From the NCBI GenBank assembly GCA_963801815.1, contig CAWDGJ010000003.1, positions 768,001 through 832,000 of the forward strand: DNA of 64,000 nt, in the 5' to 3' direction. The notes under the pieces were generated by a model that did not search any database, was not told the DNA's origin, and was given only the letters and a program-made list of their open reading frames with translations. The translations under genes were made by a program, and so were the position numbers. Shown here in pieces: positions 32,842 through 42,573 of the stretch. Numbering within the stretch: the first letter of the stretch is position 1; every line of letters starts with the position of its first letter. This DNA is from an uncultured Verrucomicrobiae bacterium (GTDB lineage: Bacteria > Verrucomicrobiota > Verrucomicrobiia > Chthoniobacterales > UBA10450).

Positions 32842-32969
32842 CTGAAGCGCTTGTCGTTATGCTCGATCGGCTAGTCGCAGGTCTTGCTACGACCGCGCCG
32901 ATCCAAGAAACACTTCACGTCACCAGATATCCTTCCTCAATATGGGTTTTGGTGTTGATGCAGGCTTTC

Positions 32970-33101
32970 TTATTGTTGCCGGTCGTTCTGGTGTTTGAGC
33001 GGCGGATTGTTGAAGAGCCACATGCCCTCATCGCCAAACGCACGATCGCTTAAGCCGACCGCCAACAGGCAAACAAAAGCTACCGAGAATGCTCTACCCA
33101 T
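32970..33101 (-). pseudogene. 5' remnant of an S46 dipeptidyl-peptidase gene
   Basis: MGRAFSVAFVCLLAVGLSDRAFG-DEGMWLFNNPPLK-HQNDRQQ*; signal peptide plus the DEGMW N-terminal signature, then a stop. Confidence 0.7.
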
Positions 33102-33136
33102 TCTGGCAGGATAGTCGTCATGCAAATGGCGACAAG

Positions 33137-33265
33137 CTAACGCTTGCGGCCCCGCACGTGTCCCGGAATAGCAGCCAAACCGACAATCAGAAGCACGATG
33201 AGAACGAACGTAAACCCGGCGATTAGCAGCGCCGTTGATCCCAATCCCGACAGTTCGTGCAGCAT
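33137..33265 (-). CDS. Small single-TM protein or fragment (42 aa)
   Basis: MLHELSGLGSTALLIAGFTFVLIVLLIVGLAAIPGHVRGRKR. Confidence 0.45.
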   Translation of the reverse strand: MLHELSGLGSTALLIAGFTFVLIVLLIVGLAAIPGHVRGRKR

Positions 33266-33350
33266 TAACTCTTGAGACGGCGATTCAACTGCGATGGTTA
33301 CAAAAATTGCTACGTGGACATCAAACGACAGCGCGGGCACGATTGACGCG

Positions 33351-34112
33351 ATGTTTGCGCTAAAACAACGGCGAGTGGAGCGGTTGGATTTCATTGTGCC
33401 CGGCGCGCAAAAGTCGGGCACGACGGCACTTCATTATTTCTTGAAGAAGCATCCGCAGATCGTGCTGCCGGAGCGGCAGGAACTGCATTTCTTCGACGAG
33501 GAGGAGATTTTCGCCCAGCCGGTCGACTACAAATTACTGCATCGACAGTTTCGAAGAATCCGGCGTCAAGCAATCGCGGGGGAAGTAACGCCCAGCTACC
33601 TGTATTGGAAACCGGCGATGGAGCGGATTCAGGCCTACAATCCGCAAATCAAACTCATTACTGTTCTGCGGAACCCAGTTGATCGCGCGTTTGCGCACTG
33701 GAACATGCAACGGTTCAAAGGCCGCGAGGCGCTCGATTTTCTCGAAGCGCTTAAGGAAGAACCACGCCGCATCGCACCACCGTTGTTGATCGAGTCGCGG
33801 CGGTTCGCTTACGTCGACCGCGGATTTTATTCCGTCCAGTTCGAGCGCGTCTTCAAATTGTTTCCACGAGAACAGGTGCAAATCATCAGGTTCGAAGACT
33901 TCCGCCGCCGGAAGCAAGAAACGCTCGACAGCGTTTTTGACTTTCTCGGCGTGAAACGATTGCGTGTCAGTCGCGACGAAGATCGTAATGTTGTTCCTTA
34001 CGAACGCGCGATGACGTTGGAGGAGCGAAAATACCTGCTCGCAGTATTCGCCACCGAGATCGCCAAGCTCGAGCAAATGCTCGGATGGGATTTGGCAGAC
34101 TGGAAGCGATAA
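33351..34112 (+). CDS. PAPS-dependent sulfotransferase
   Basis: GAQKSGTTAL (5'-PSB loop), ELHFFD, GEVTPSY, LRNPVDRA (3'-PB). Confidence 0.92.
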   Translation: MFALKQRRVERLDFIVPGAQKSGTTALHYFLKKHPQIVLPERQELHFFDEEEIFAQPVDYKLLHRQFRRIRRQAIAGEVTPSYLYWKPAMERIQAYNPQIKLITVLRNPVDRAFAHWNMQRFKGREALDFLEALKEEPRRIAPPLLIESRRFAYVDRGFYSVQFERVFKLFPREQVQIIRFEDFRRRKQETLDSVFDFLGVKRLRVSRDEDRNVVPYERAMTLEERKYLLAVFATEIAKLEQMLGWDLADWKR

Positions 34113-34124
34113 CAGCGATAGGCG

Positions 34125-34892
34125 TCAATCGCCCGCGGGCGGTTCGGTGAACCGCCCGTAGCTTTTAAACTTCGGCCGCTTTTCAGGGTTTTTCGCCAAA
34201 AGAGCTTTCGACCGAAACATGCGCGCGCCTTGTGACGAAAAGAAGTCGCGCAATTCCGGAGTAAAGAACAACGAACCGTCCGGTCGCGGATTAAAATCAA
34301 GAAGAAGCCGGCCGCTTCCGTTCAGGAACCGCGATCGGATGTCGTTGATAAAGAATTCCCAGTCGGCTGCGGACCATTCGATACCATCGCGGACTTTGCC
34401 GATTCGGTGAAAGCAAATCCGATGGGCAGTGACGAGATCGAATTTTTTGCCCAGATCGGGCAGGGGAGTCTGCCGATCGATCCGGCCGACAACGCGCGGC
34501 ACGTCGAGTAACTTGATCGTCGCACTGAAAAGCGGCTCGCTATCGGTATCGAAGCCGAGAACATCGTGACCGAAATGCTTACAGACATAGAGAAAATACC
34601 CGGCGCCGGACCCGAGATCGAGAATCCGCAATGGCGCTGAACGATCGAGCCAGAGGTCTTGCGCGCGCTCGATGTTGATGTCGATCCAATAAGCGATGTC
34701 TTCAAAGCGATTGATTTGCGGCGAACCCGGGCGATACGGACATTTGTGTCGCAAGTCTTTGAATTGTAACCAATCGATGTCGTCCAGAATCTCGCGGTTA
34801 TTGACTGGATGCATCGAGCGGTTGAGATGTTCCCAGGCGCTGGCAAACAGGTCGGGCGAAAACAGCTTCCGGAGCTTGCGTGAGAATCTCAT
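34125..34892 (-). CDS. Class I SAM-dependent methyltransferase
   Basis: ILDLGSGAG, FDLVTA. Confidence 0.82.
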   Translation of the reverse strand: MRFSRKLRKLFSPDLFASAWEHLNRSMHPVNNREILDDIDWLQFKDLRHKCPYRPGSPQINRFEDIAYWIDINIERAQDLWLDRSAPLRILDLGSGAGYFLYVCKHFGHDVLGFDTDSEPLFSATIKLLDVPRVVGRIDRQTPLPDLGKKFDLVTAHRICFHRIGKVRDGIEWSAADWEFFINDIRSRFLNGSGRLLLDFNPRPDGSLFFTPELRDFFSSQGARMFRSKALLAKNPEKRPKFKSYGRFTEPPAGD

Positions 34893-34940
34893 TGCGGCCA
34901 ACTAATGCTGCGCGTAATTGACGGACTCTGCTGAGCGGGC

Positions 34941-35945
34941 GTGATGATGCAACAGTCGAAACGAATTCTTCTCATTGGACTCGGACGCTGGGGGGTGAAT
35001 CACCTTCGCGTTTTGCAAACGATGCCGGTCGAGCTGTTCGTCGCGGACAGCGATCCGGCGCGGCTAAATTCTGCAAATGTGCCGCAAAGCCATCGGGCCG
35101 CTGACGCAACCTCGCTTTTTCCGATCATCGATGCCGCAGTTGTAGTAACTCCGGCGCATACACATTTTGAATTTTGCCGCAATCTGCTCGAAGCCGGCAA
35201 GGATGTGTTTGTCGAAAAACCGATCACGATGACGTCCGCCGACGCGAAAAAACTCGTCGAACTTGCAAAACGTTCGGGACTGATTCTGCAAGTCGGTCAC
35301 ATCTTCCGGTTCGACCCGGCGTCGGTCTGGATGCGGGACGCAATCGCGCAAGGCCGTTTTGGCGAGATCAAAATGTTGCGCGCAAATTTTAGCGGCTTCA
35401 AGCGTCCGCGTCAGGACACCGGCGTGACCTTCGCCGACAGTATTCACTTCATCGATCTGTTTCGGTTTTTGCTTGGCCGTTCGCCGCGGCGCGTTCACGC
35501 GGTAATGCGCAATTTCATGGGCCGCGAAGACCAGATGGATGATGAATCGCTAATTGTTTTGGAATACGATCGCGACGACAGCCCTCCGATCCTCGCGACG
35601 GTTGAGGCTGGCTATCATTTGCCGGGAAAAGTGCGCCAACTGGCCATCGTCGGCAATAATTCGTCGGCTATCTGCGATTACAATGTTGCGCAGTACAAGA
35701 TTAAAACGTTTGAGAACAGGCACGTCAGTGAGGGCGGCGAGGTAAGAGCGAAAGAAGGCGAGATGCATCAACTCGAGTTTCCACCGGAGGAACCGCTTCG
35801 AGCGGAACTGGCGGCGTTTCTTAACGTGATTGAAACGAGACGTCCGCCGTTGGTCGATGGAGCCGATGGAACGGAGGCGGTGCGCGTAGTCGAAGCCGCG
35901 CTCGAATCGGCACGCACCGGAAACTGGGTCGACATAAGCGAATGA
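34941..35945 (+). CDS. Gfo/Idh/MocA oxidoreductase (GnnA/WlbA-like)
   Basis: IGLGRWG, TPAHTH, VFVEKP, VGHIFRF, IHFID; exact start within 34941-34947. Confidence 0.9.
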   Translation: MMMQQSKRILLIGLGRWGVNHLRVLQTMPVELFVADSDPARLNSANVPQSHRAADATSLFPIIDAAVVVTPAHTHFEFCRNLLEAGKDVFVEKPITMTSADAKKLVELAKRSGLILQVGHIFRFDPASVWMRDAIAQGRFGEIKMLRANFSGFKRPRQDTGVTFADSIHFIDLFRFLLGRSPRRVHAVMRNFMGREDQMDDESLIVLEYDRDDSPPILATVEAGYHLPGKVRQLAIVGNNSSAICDYNVAQYKIKTFENRHVSEGGEVRAKEGEMHQLEFPPEEPLRAELAAFLNVIETRRPPLVDGADGTEAVRVVEAALESARTGNWVDISE

Positions 35946-37069
35946 CGGAGATGAAGAAGATTCCGTTATCGAAAGTTTTCGTGGATGACGAAATTCGCGA
36001 AGCCGGTCTTCGTGCGATGAATTCAGGCTGGTACATCCTGGCCAAAGAATGTGAAGCATTCGAGGCGGAGCTCGCGGCCTACGTGGGGACGAAAGAAGCT
36101 GTGCTTTGCTCGAATTGGACGAGCGGCGTGTTGATGCTGCATCACGCGATGGGCGTATGCCCCGGCGACGAAATCCTTGTGCCGTCGCACACGGCGTTTC
36201 CGTCAATCGAGCCAATGATTCATCGCGGTGCGCGACCTGTTTTCATCGACATCGACGAGACCTATTGCATCGATGTCGACGAACTCGAAGCGGCAATGAG
36301 CGCGCGCACGATAGGAATCTTGCCGGTGCACCTTTACGGGCATCCCGCGAACATGGACGGAATTCTACTGGCCGCGAAGAAACACGGGTTGTGGGTCGTG
36401 GAAGATTGCGCCCAGGCATTCGGCGCGCAGTATCGCGGTCAAACTGTTGGATCGATCGCCGGATCCGGGGCGTTTTCCTTTTTCCCGTCAAAAAACCTCA
36501 CCGTAATGGGGGATGGCGGTTGCATCACGACGAACGATCCCGGGTTGGCAAAAAAACTACGGATGCTGCGTGACCACGGCCGCAGCTCGAAGTACGTTCA
36601 CGATTTTGTCGGTTACAATTTTCGGTTCAACGAAGTACAAGCAGCGATTGGGCGAGTCGAGCTGCGCAACATTGACAAGTTGAATGAACATCGGCGCGAG
36701 ATCGCGGCGCGGTACAACGAACGGCTGGAGGGCGTGGTTAAGACTCCTCCTGAGCGACCGTGGGCGCGGCACGTTTATCATATGTACGTCGTCGCGACTG
36801 AACGGCGCGATTCGCTCGCAGAGTTCTTGAAAGAGAAAGGCATCGCTACGGGCATTCATTATCCGATCGCGAACCATCAACAGCCGGCGATGAGGAAGAT
36901 GTATTCTGATTTACCGCGTTTGCCAAGAACGGAGGAGGCGGTGACGCAAATCCTTTCGCTTCCAATTTATGGCGATCTGCCGATCGAAGATGTCGATTAC
37001 GTTTGCGACGCGATCCTGGAATTCTTTGGAAAATCCGTCACGGCGAATCTGTCTGAAGGCGGAAAATGA
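35942..37069 (+). CDS. DegT family sugar aminotransferase (GnnB/WlbC-like)
   Basis: PVHLYG, EDCAQA, FSFFPSKNL..GDGG, GYNFR, IHYP. Confidence 0.95.
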   Translation: MTEMKKIPLSKVFVDDEIREAGLRAMNSGWYILAKECEAFEAELAAYVGTKEAVLCSNWTSGVLMLHHAMGVCPGDEILVPSHTAFPSIEPMIHRGARPVFIDIDETYCIDVDELEAAMSARTIGILPVHLYGHPANMDGILLAAKKHGLWVVEDCAQAFGAQYRGQTVGSIAGSGAFSFFPSKNLTVMGDGGCITTNDPGLAKKLRMLRDHGRSSKYVHDFVGYNFRFNEVQAAIGRVELRNIDKLNEHRREIAARYNERLEGVVKTPPERPWARHVYHMYVVATERRDSLAEFLKEKGIATGIHYPIANHQQPAMRKMYSDLPRLPRTEEAVTQILSLPIYGDLPIEDVDYVCDAILEFFGKSVTANLSEGGK

Positions 37070-37800
37070 CCACGCCAGAGCTGAGCGTTGTGATTCCGTG
37101 TCACAATGAGGCAGAGAATCTGCGGCCGTTGCTGGCGGCAATTCAGCGCGCTGTCGAGCCGACCGGTTTGGATTACGAGGTGGTGATCACAGACGATTGC
37201 AGCACTGACGATTCGTGGAGCGTCTTGCAACAGCTCGCCGCGGCCGATGCGCGGATTCGCGCGCAGCGTTTCAAGTTCAATTGCGGCGAATCGGCGGCGA
37301 GTTGGGCGGGAATGCAGATCGCGCGGGGCCGCTACATCGCAACCCTGGACGCCGATTTGCAAAACGATCCGAAAGATCTGCCGGCGATGATGAAAGCGTT
37401 GCGCGACTTCGATTGTGTCTGCGGCACCCGGGTCGACTCCCGAGGCGAAGGGGACAGCTGGCTTCGGATAGCTTCGTCGCGCATCGCCAATTGGGTCCGC
37501 AACAAATTATCCGGCGAAAACATCAGCGACGCCGGCTGCACTTATCGTGTGTTCAAACGCGAATGCATTTCGCGGATCAAATTCTTCAACGGCGCACACC
37601 GCTTTCTCCCGACGTTAATCAAGCTCGAAGGATTTAGCGTTACCGAAGTCCCGGTGTCGAACAATCCGCGTCACGCCGGCCAAAGTCATTACGGAGTTTG
37701 GAACCGGTTGTTCAAATCTTTTCGGGATTTGCTTGCCGTCCGATGGATGAAGTCGAGAAGATTGCGCTACGAAGTTGGTGAATCCCTGAATTGTCTATGA
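37066..37800 (+). CDS. GT2 polyprenol-phosphate glycosyltransferase (ArnC/DPM-like, soluble)
   Basis: VVIPCHNE, DDCSTD, LDADLQNDP, DAGC, HRFLP, R.AG.S.YG. Confidence 0.92.
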   Translation: MTTPELSVVIPCHNEAENLRPLLAAIQRAVEPTGLDYEVVITDDCSTDDSWSVLQQLAAADARIRAQRFKFNCGESAASWAGMQIARGRYIATLDADLQNDPKDLPAMMKALRDFDCVCGTRVDSRGEGDSWLRIASSRIANWVRNKLSGENISDAGCTYRVFKRECISRIKFFNGAHRFLPTLIKLEGFSVTEVPVSNNPRHAGQSHYGVWNRLFKSFRDLLAVRWMKSRRLRYEVGESLNCL

Positions 37801-38189
37801 ATAATTTCTTTATCGCCGCGACGTGGATGGGCCAGGAACATCGTGTTCTCGGCCTGGACTGGAACTATTTGGTGATAATCGGCCTGATAGGCAACGCGAC
37901 TTTCTCGATGCGTTTTCTGGTGCAATGGTACGCGTCGGAAAAGCGAGGCGAAAGCGTCATTCCGGTCTCGTTCTGGTACTGGAGCATCGGCGGCAGCATC
38001 ATCATGTTCCTCTACTTTCTGTTTCGACGTGATCCTGTCGGCGTCATAGCGTATCTGCCCAATTCCATCATCTACATTCGCAATCTGATGCTGATTCGAA
38101 AGCGGAAGTTCGCCTACACTGCCGCGACACCATCTCAACATCCACGAGAGACAAGTAACGATGATGACGAAAACGGACCCGCGCGTTGA
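37797..38189 (+). CDS. Lipid A biosynthesis N-terminal domain (LAB_N) membrane protein
   Basis: FSMRFLVQWYASEKRGESVIP.SFWYWS.GG...RRDPV...IYIRNL. Confidence 0.9.
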   Translation: MNNFFIAATWMGQEHRVLGLDWNYLVIIGLIGNATFSMRFLVQWYASEKRGESVIPVSFWYWSIGGSIIMFLYFLFRRDPVGVIAYLPNSIIYIRNLMLIRKRKFAYTAATPSQHPRETSNDDDENGPAR

Positions 38190-38751
38190 CGCCTATATTA
38201 AGAAAGCGCAGCCATTTGCCCGCCCAATCCTGAAACGGTTGCGGAAGCTCGTTCACAAAGGCTGTCCGCTTTGCGTCGAGTCGATCAAGTGGCAGTCGCC
38301 GTTTTTCGATTACAAGGGACCGGTCTGTTTCATGGCCGCGTTTAAGGAACACGCCGCGTTTGGTTTTTGGAAAGGCAAACTGTTGTTTAGCGGCAAATAC
38401 AAAGGCGCGATGGGACATTTCGGTCGGATCACGTCGCTCAAAGACCTGCCGAGTGACCGGAAATTGACCGGATACGTTCGTAGAGCGGCCCAGTTGAACG
38501 AAAGGGGAGTGAAAACGTCTCGGCCGCGTTCGAATCCAAGACGAAAGGTAGTCGTGCCGGCAGATCTCAAGGCGGCGCTGCTGAAAAACGCGAAAGCGCG
38601 AAAGACATTCGAAACCTTCAGTTACAGCCATAAAAAGGAATACGTGGATTGGATCACCGGCGCGAAGCGAGACGAAACGCGGCAGAAGCGCTTGAAGACG
38701 ACGATCCAGTGGCTTGCCGAAGGCAAACCACAGAACTGGCGATACATGTAA
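38161..38751 (+). CDS. DUF1801 plus YdeI/OmpD-associated protein
   Basis: DPRVDAYI, ESIKW..P, EYVDWITGAKRDETR.KR. Confidence 0.88.
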   Translation: MMTKTDPRVDAYIKKAQPFARPILKRLRKLVHKGCPLCVESIKWQSPFFDYKGPVCFMAAFKEHAAFGFWKGKLLFSGKYKGAMGHFGRITSLKDLPSDRKLTGYVRRAAQLNERGVKTSRPRSNPRRKVVVPADLKAALLKNAKARKTFETFSYSHKKEYVDWITGAKRDETRQKRLKTTIQWLAEGKPQNWRYM

Positions 38752-38794
38752 TCACCGTTGTTGTAGCTGTCGGCACCTCGGGCGGGCAGTTCTG

Positions 38795-39589
38795 TTACGG
38801 ATTGCCAACAAACCGCGCAAGATCTCCCGGCAACTCAGACGTCCATTCATGCTTGTTCTTGATCGCGAGCTTCGCGGAATGCAAAGCCTGGTGAGGCAAA
38901 AGTAATTCGCGCTCCAATTTCCATGTCCAGCCGGTCTCGATGAATTCCAAATAAAGTTTTTCGTTTGGCCCGTAGATCTTGTCGCCAACAATCGGGTGGC
39001 CAACCGAGGCGAGATGGACTCGGATCTGATGAGTGCGTCCGGTTCGCGGAATTGCGCGAATCAAGGCGAACTCATTTTCGGTGGTTGTCGATCCTTCGAT
39101 TGCGTTCAAGACAGGCCTTGCAAATCGTCGGTCGACGCGCAGTTCTGTTACAGCTTCCGCACCGCTCGGATGAATCGTTTGTTTCAACCAAATCGCGGAT
39201 GGCTGATGTTTTCCCTGTCGATCGAGCGGCGCGTCGACGATTTTCGTTTCCCAATCCGGCCAACCCCAGACAATCGCGAGATATTCTTTGTGGACGGCGT
39301 GCCCTTGCATGAGCAGACCAAAGCGGCGGGCGGCCGCTGCCGTTTTTGCAACCAGGACGAGTCCACTCGTTTCGCGGTCCAGCCGGTTCACGATTGAAAC
39401 CTGTCCGCCATTGGCGATTTCAAACGCGAGCAGCTCGCGCAATTGTTTCCACAGCGTCATCCGCTGATCAGGCTTGGTTGGGTGCGTCAAAAGAAAAGCC
39501 GGCTTGTCCACCACGATGTAATCGCCGGTTTCATCGACAACGTTGAAGGGTGGCAGTGAAGCCGGCTGCGAAACAGAAATGTTCGACAT
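38795..39589 (-). CDS. RluA family RNA pseudouridine synthase
   Basis: VVDKP, NRLDRETSG, TGRTHQIRVH, HPIVGDKIY, QALH. Confidence 0.93.
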   Translation of the reverse strand: MSNISVSQPASLPPFNVVDETGDYIVVDKPAFLLTHPTKPDQRMTLWKQLRELLAFEIANGGQVSIVNRLDRETSGLVLVAKTAAAARRFGLLMQGHAVHKEYLAIVWGWPDWETKIVDAPLDRQGKHQPSAIWLKQTIHPSGAEAVTELRVDRRFARPVLNAIEGSTTTENEFALIRAIPRTGRTHQIRVHLASVGHPIVGDKIYGPNEKLYLEFIETGWTWKLERELLLPHQALHSAKLAIKNKHEWTSELPGDLARFVGNP

Positions 39590-39921
39590 GCTCGCTTCGA
39601 TTCTTCTAGTCATTCCGATTGCAATCCGTGGCGGGTTGGCCGCCGCAGCTGTCCTGGTTTGCGTTGTCCTCGAGATTACGTTCGGCACGTTTTCCAGCAA
39701 GTATTCGGTCCGGGAGAACTTTTCCGAGCAGTTGGAACTCCTCCCGCCGTTAATTTTTTCTTCATTTACCGCCGGCGGTGTTCGGGTCGTTTTTGCTGGC
39801 CAGGCGGTTTCAGCCGGGTGGACGTGAGTGTTGTCCGACGCCCTACCACGGGGCACAGACTTGACCTACCCGGCAAAACCGCTTTACCTAACCACCTCAC
39901 TCGAACTAGGGAAACTACGCC

Positions 39922-40374
39922 GTGGAGCTCAAAGAAATCAAAGCCATCATCGATTTGATGAAGGAAAACGACCTCTCCACTTTCGAAATGGAGAAGGACG
40001 GCTTTCGCTTAAAGCTGCAAAAAGGCCTGGGCGATCAACCGATCGTCGTCTCCGCGGCTGCGCCCGCGGGAACCGCGCCCGGAGTTGCGACTGGGCCAAC
40101 AACCGCAGGGACCGAAGGAGTGTCTTCGGCTGGCGCCGGCCTCAAAGACATCAGTTCGCCAATGGTCGGAACTTTTTATCGCGCGGCCTCGCCCGATTCC
40201 TCAGCCTTTGTCGACGTTGGAACAAAAGTGACGGAGGACACGGTGGTTTGCATTATCGAAGCGATGAAAGTGATGAACGAAATCAAAGCGGAAACCAACG
40301 GCGTGATCGCCGAAGTCGTGGCCGAAAACAGCAAACCCGTCCAATTCGGCCAGGTGCTTTTCAGAGTTCGTTAG
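39922..40374 (+). CDS. accB: Biotin carboxyl carrier protein
   Basis: SPMVGTFY, IIEAMKVMNEI. Confidence 0.97.
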   Translation: MELKEIKAIIDLMKENDLSTFEMEKDGFRLKLQKGLGDQPIVVSAAAPAGTAPGVATGPTTAGTEGVSSAGAGLKDISSPMVGTFYRAASPDSSAFVDVGTKVTEDTVVCIIEAMKVMNEIKAETNGVIAEVVAENSKPVQFGQVLFRVR

Positions 40375-40454
40375 TTGAGAGTTGATCGTTGATAGATTTC
40401 AAGCTCAACGGTCGCTTCAGTCAGCTATCAACTATCAACTAAAAACTCTCAGCT
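40373..40454. repeat. Inverted heptamer tandem array filling the accB-accC spacer
   Basis: agttgag agttgat cgttgat ag ... ctatcaa ctatcaa ctaaaaa ctctcag ct. Confidence 0.8.
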
Positions 40455-40455
40455 G

Positions 40456-41841
40456 ATGTTTGAGAAAGTCTTGATTGCCAATCGCGGTGAAATCGCGCTG
40501 CGTGTGATTCGCGCGTGCAAAGAACTCGGCATCCGTACGCTCGCCGTTTACTCCGACGCCGACGTGGATTCGTTGCACGTGCAACTTGCGGATGAAGCGA
40601 TTTGCATCGGAGCGGCGCCGAGCTCGGAATCCTATCTAAAGGTCGAGCGCATCATGAGCGCTGCCGAGATCGGCGATGTCGACGCGATCCATCCCGGTTA
40701 CGGATTTCTCGCCGAGAACGCGCACTTCGCCGAGGTCGCTGAAAGTTGCAAAATAAAATTCATCGGGCCGCCGTCGCACGTCATTCAAAAAATGGGAGAT
40801 AAGGACATGGCGCGCGCGTGCGCCCGCAAAGCCGGCGTCCCGATTACGCCCGGCAGTGACGGCATCGTCGCGGACGACAAGGAAGCAACCAAGGTTGCGA
40901 AAAAAATTGGTTATCCTGTGATGATTAAAGCCGTGGCCGGTGGTGGTGGCCGAGGAATGCGCGCAGCTCACAACGAATCGAGCTTGATCACCGGGTTTCA
41001 CAGCGCGCGGATGGAAGCGGAGAAGGCGTTCGGCAATCCCGAGGTTTACATCGAGAAATTGATCATAAATCCGCACCACATCGAGTTTCAGGTCATTGCC
41101 GATAGCCACGGTCATGTGATTCATCTCGGCGAACGCGATTGTTCGATTCAACGTCGCAATCAAAAAGTCATCGAGGAGTGTCCGTCGCCATTTCTTACAC
41201 CGTCGCTGCGCAAGAAAATGGGAAATGCGGCAGTGAAGCTCGCCAAAGTGATTGGATACGAAAACGCCGGGACGATCGAGTTCCTGGTCGATGACGAGCG
41301 AAATTTCTACTTCATGGAGATGAACACTCGCATTCAGGTCGAGCACACCATCACTGAAGAAGCTTACGGGTGCGATTTGGTGAAAGAGCAAATTCGCATC
41401 GCCGCTGGCGAGCCGCTCTCAAAACATGTTGCGCACGCTGAGCTGCATTCACACGCAATCCAATGCCGAATCAATGCCGAAGATCCGGCCGCTAATTTCC
41501 AACCGTCGCCCGGTCGAATTAAGTTTTATTACGCGCCCGGCGGTCGCGGCGTTCGGGTCGATTCCCATGCTTACACCGGTTACACCGTTCCGCCATACTA
41601 CGATTCGCTGATTTCAAAACTTATCACCGTCGGGGCGACTCGGGAATCGGCGATTGACCGGATGCGGCGCGCGCTGGACGAATATTACGTCACCGGAATC
41701 AAGACGACGGTACCATTTCACGCTGCGATTATGCGCAGCGGCGAATTCCGGGACGGCAAGTACGATACCGGCTTCGTCGAGCGAATCATGTCGTCAGAGA
41801 AATTCCATTTGGTTCCGCCGCTGGCGAAGCTTCACGAGTAA
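40456..41841 (+). CDS. accC: Biotin carboxylase
   Basis: [45 protein letters not shown]. Confidence 0.98.
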   Translation: MFEKVLIANRGEIALRVIRACKELGIRTLAVYSDADVDSLHVQLADEAICIGAAPSSESYLKVERIMSAAEIGDVDAIHPGYGFLAENAHFAEVAESCKIKFIGPPSHVIQKMGDKDMARACARKAGVPITPGSDGIVADDKEATKVAKKIGYPVMIKAVAGGGGRGMRAAHNESSLITGFHSARMEAEKAFGNPEVYIEKLIINPHHIEFQVIADSHGHVIHLGERDCSIQRRNQKVIEECPSPFLTPSLRKKMGNAAVKLAKVIGYENAGTIEFLVDDERNFYFMEMNTRIQVEHTITEEAYGCDLVKEQIRIAAGEPLSKHVAHAELHSHAIQCRINAEDPAANFQPSPGRIKFYYAPGGRGVRVDSHAYTGYTVPPYYDSLISKLITVGATRESAIDRMRRALDEYYVTGIKTTVPFHAAIMRSGEFRDGKYDTGFVERIMSSEKFHLVPPLAKLHE

Positions 41842-41846
41842 GCGTT

Positions 41847-42479
41847 TTGCGAAACCTAAACGATTGTCGGCTCTACGGCATTTTGGATATCACTTACGTC
41901 GCCGTAACCGACGTGGAACGCGTAGCCGGGGCTATGATCGAAGGCGGCGTCGATCTTCTCCAGGTGCGGGCGAAGACGTCCTCGGTCGCGGAGGTCGTTG
42001 ATCTCGCGGGACAGCTGCACAAAATCACTTTGACAGCCGGAGTTCCATTGATCGTGAATGATTACGCTGAAGTTGCCGCGCAAGTTCAGATTGAAGGCGT
42101 GCACGTTGGACAAGATGACGATTCCATTGCGACCGCGCGCGAGAAAGCTGGACGAGCGATCATTGTTGGCAAATCAACCCATAGTCTTGAGCAAGCGAGC
42201 GCCGCGCAACGCGAAGATGCAGATTACATCGGCTTCGGTCCGATATTTACCACCCCGACAAAGCCGGATTATAAGCCGATTGGAGTGAAAAACATCAAGC
42301 GCGTCCATGCCGATGTGAGTCTCCCAATCTTTTGCATCGGCGGCATCAAGGTGGATAACGTGGGCGAAATCGTCGCCGCAGGCGCGAAGCGCGTGGCGAT
42401 CGTTTCCGGTCTATTGAAAGCGCCGGACATCGCCGAGTACGCCCGAGCTTGCAAAAGCTTTCTAGAGCAAGAGACATGA
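41847..42479 (+). CDS. thiE: Thiamine phosphate synthase
   Basis: LQVRAK, LIVND, GVHVGQDD, STHS, GPIFTTPTK, IGGI. Confidence 0.95.
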   Translation: MRNLNDCRLYGILDITYVAVTDVERVAGAMIEGGVDLLQVRAKTSSVAEVVDLAGQLHKITLTAGVPLIVNDYAEVAAQVQIEGVHVGQDDDSIATAREKAGRAIIVGKSTHSLEQASAAQREDADYIGFGPIFTTPTKPDYKPIGVKNIKRVHADVSLPIFCIGGIKVDNVGEIVAAGAKRVAIVSGLLKAPDIAEYARACKSFLEQET

Positions 42480-42501
42480 ATTTCACGACTGCCGTCTCTT
42501 T

Positions 42502-42557
42502 CCCTTACCCGGCGCTAAAGCGCCTTCCTCTCCCTCGCGGAGAGGGTAGGGTGAGGG
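42502..42557. repeat. REP-like palindromic hairpin
   Basis: cccttaccc...cctctcc-ctcgc-ggagagg-gta-gggtgaggg. Confidence 0.6.
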
Positions 42558-42573
42558 CAATCTGATCTGGAAT

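Noticed and set aside
32814..33053. 79-aa plus-strand ORF with a hydrophobic stretch
   Set aside because: Starts out of frame inside the hydrolase gene and overlaps the better-supported S46 remnant on the opposite strand
39543..39856. 94-aa plus-strand ORF and the 89-aa N-terminal extension of the RluA ORF
   Set aside because: No recognisable motif, they overlap each other, and the RluA fold starts after Met 39589; coding status unresolved
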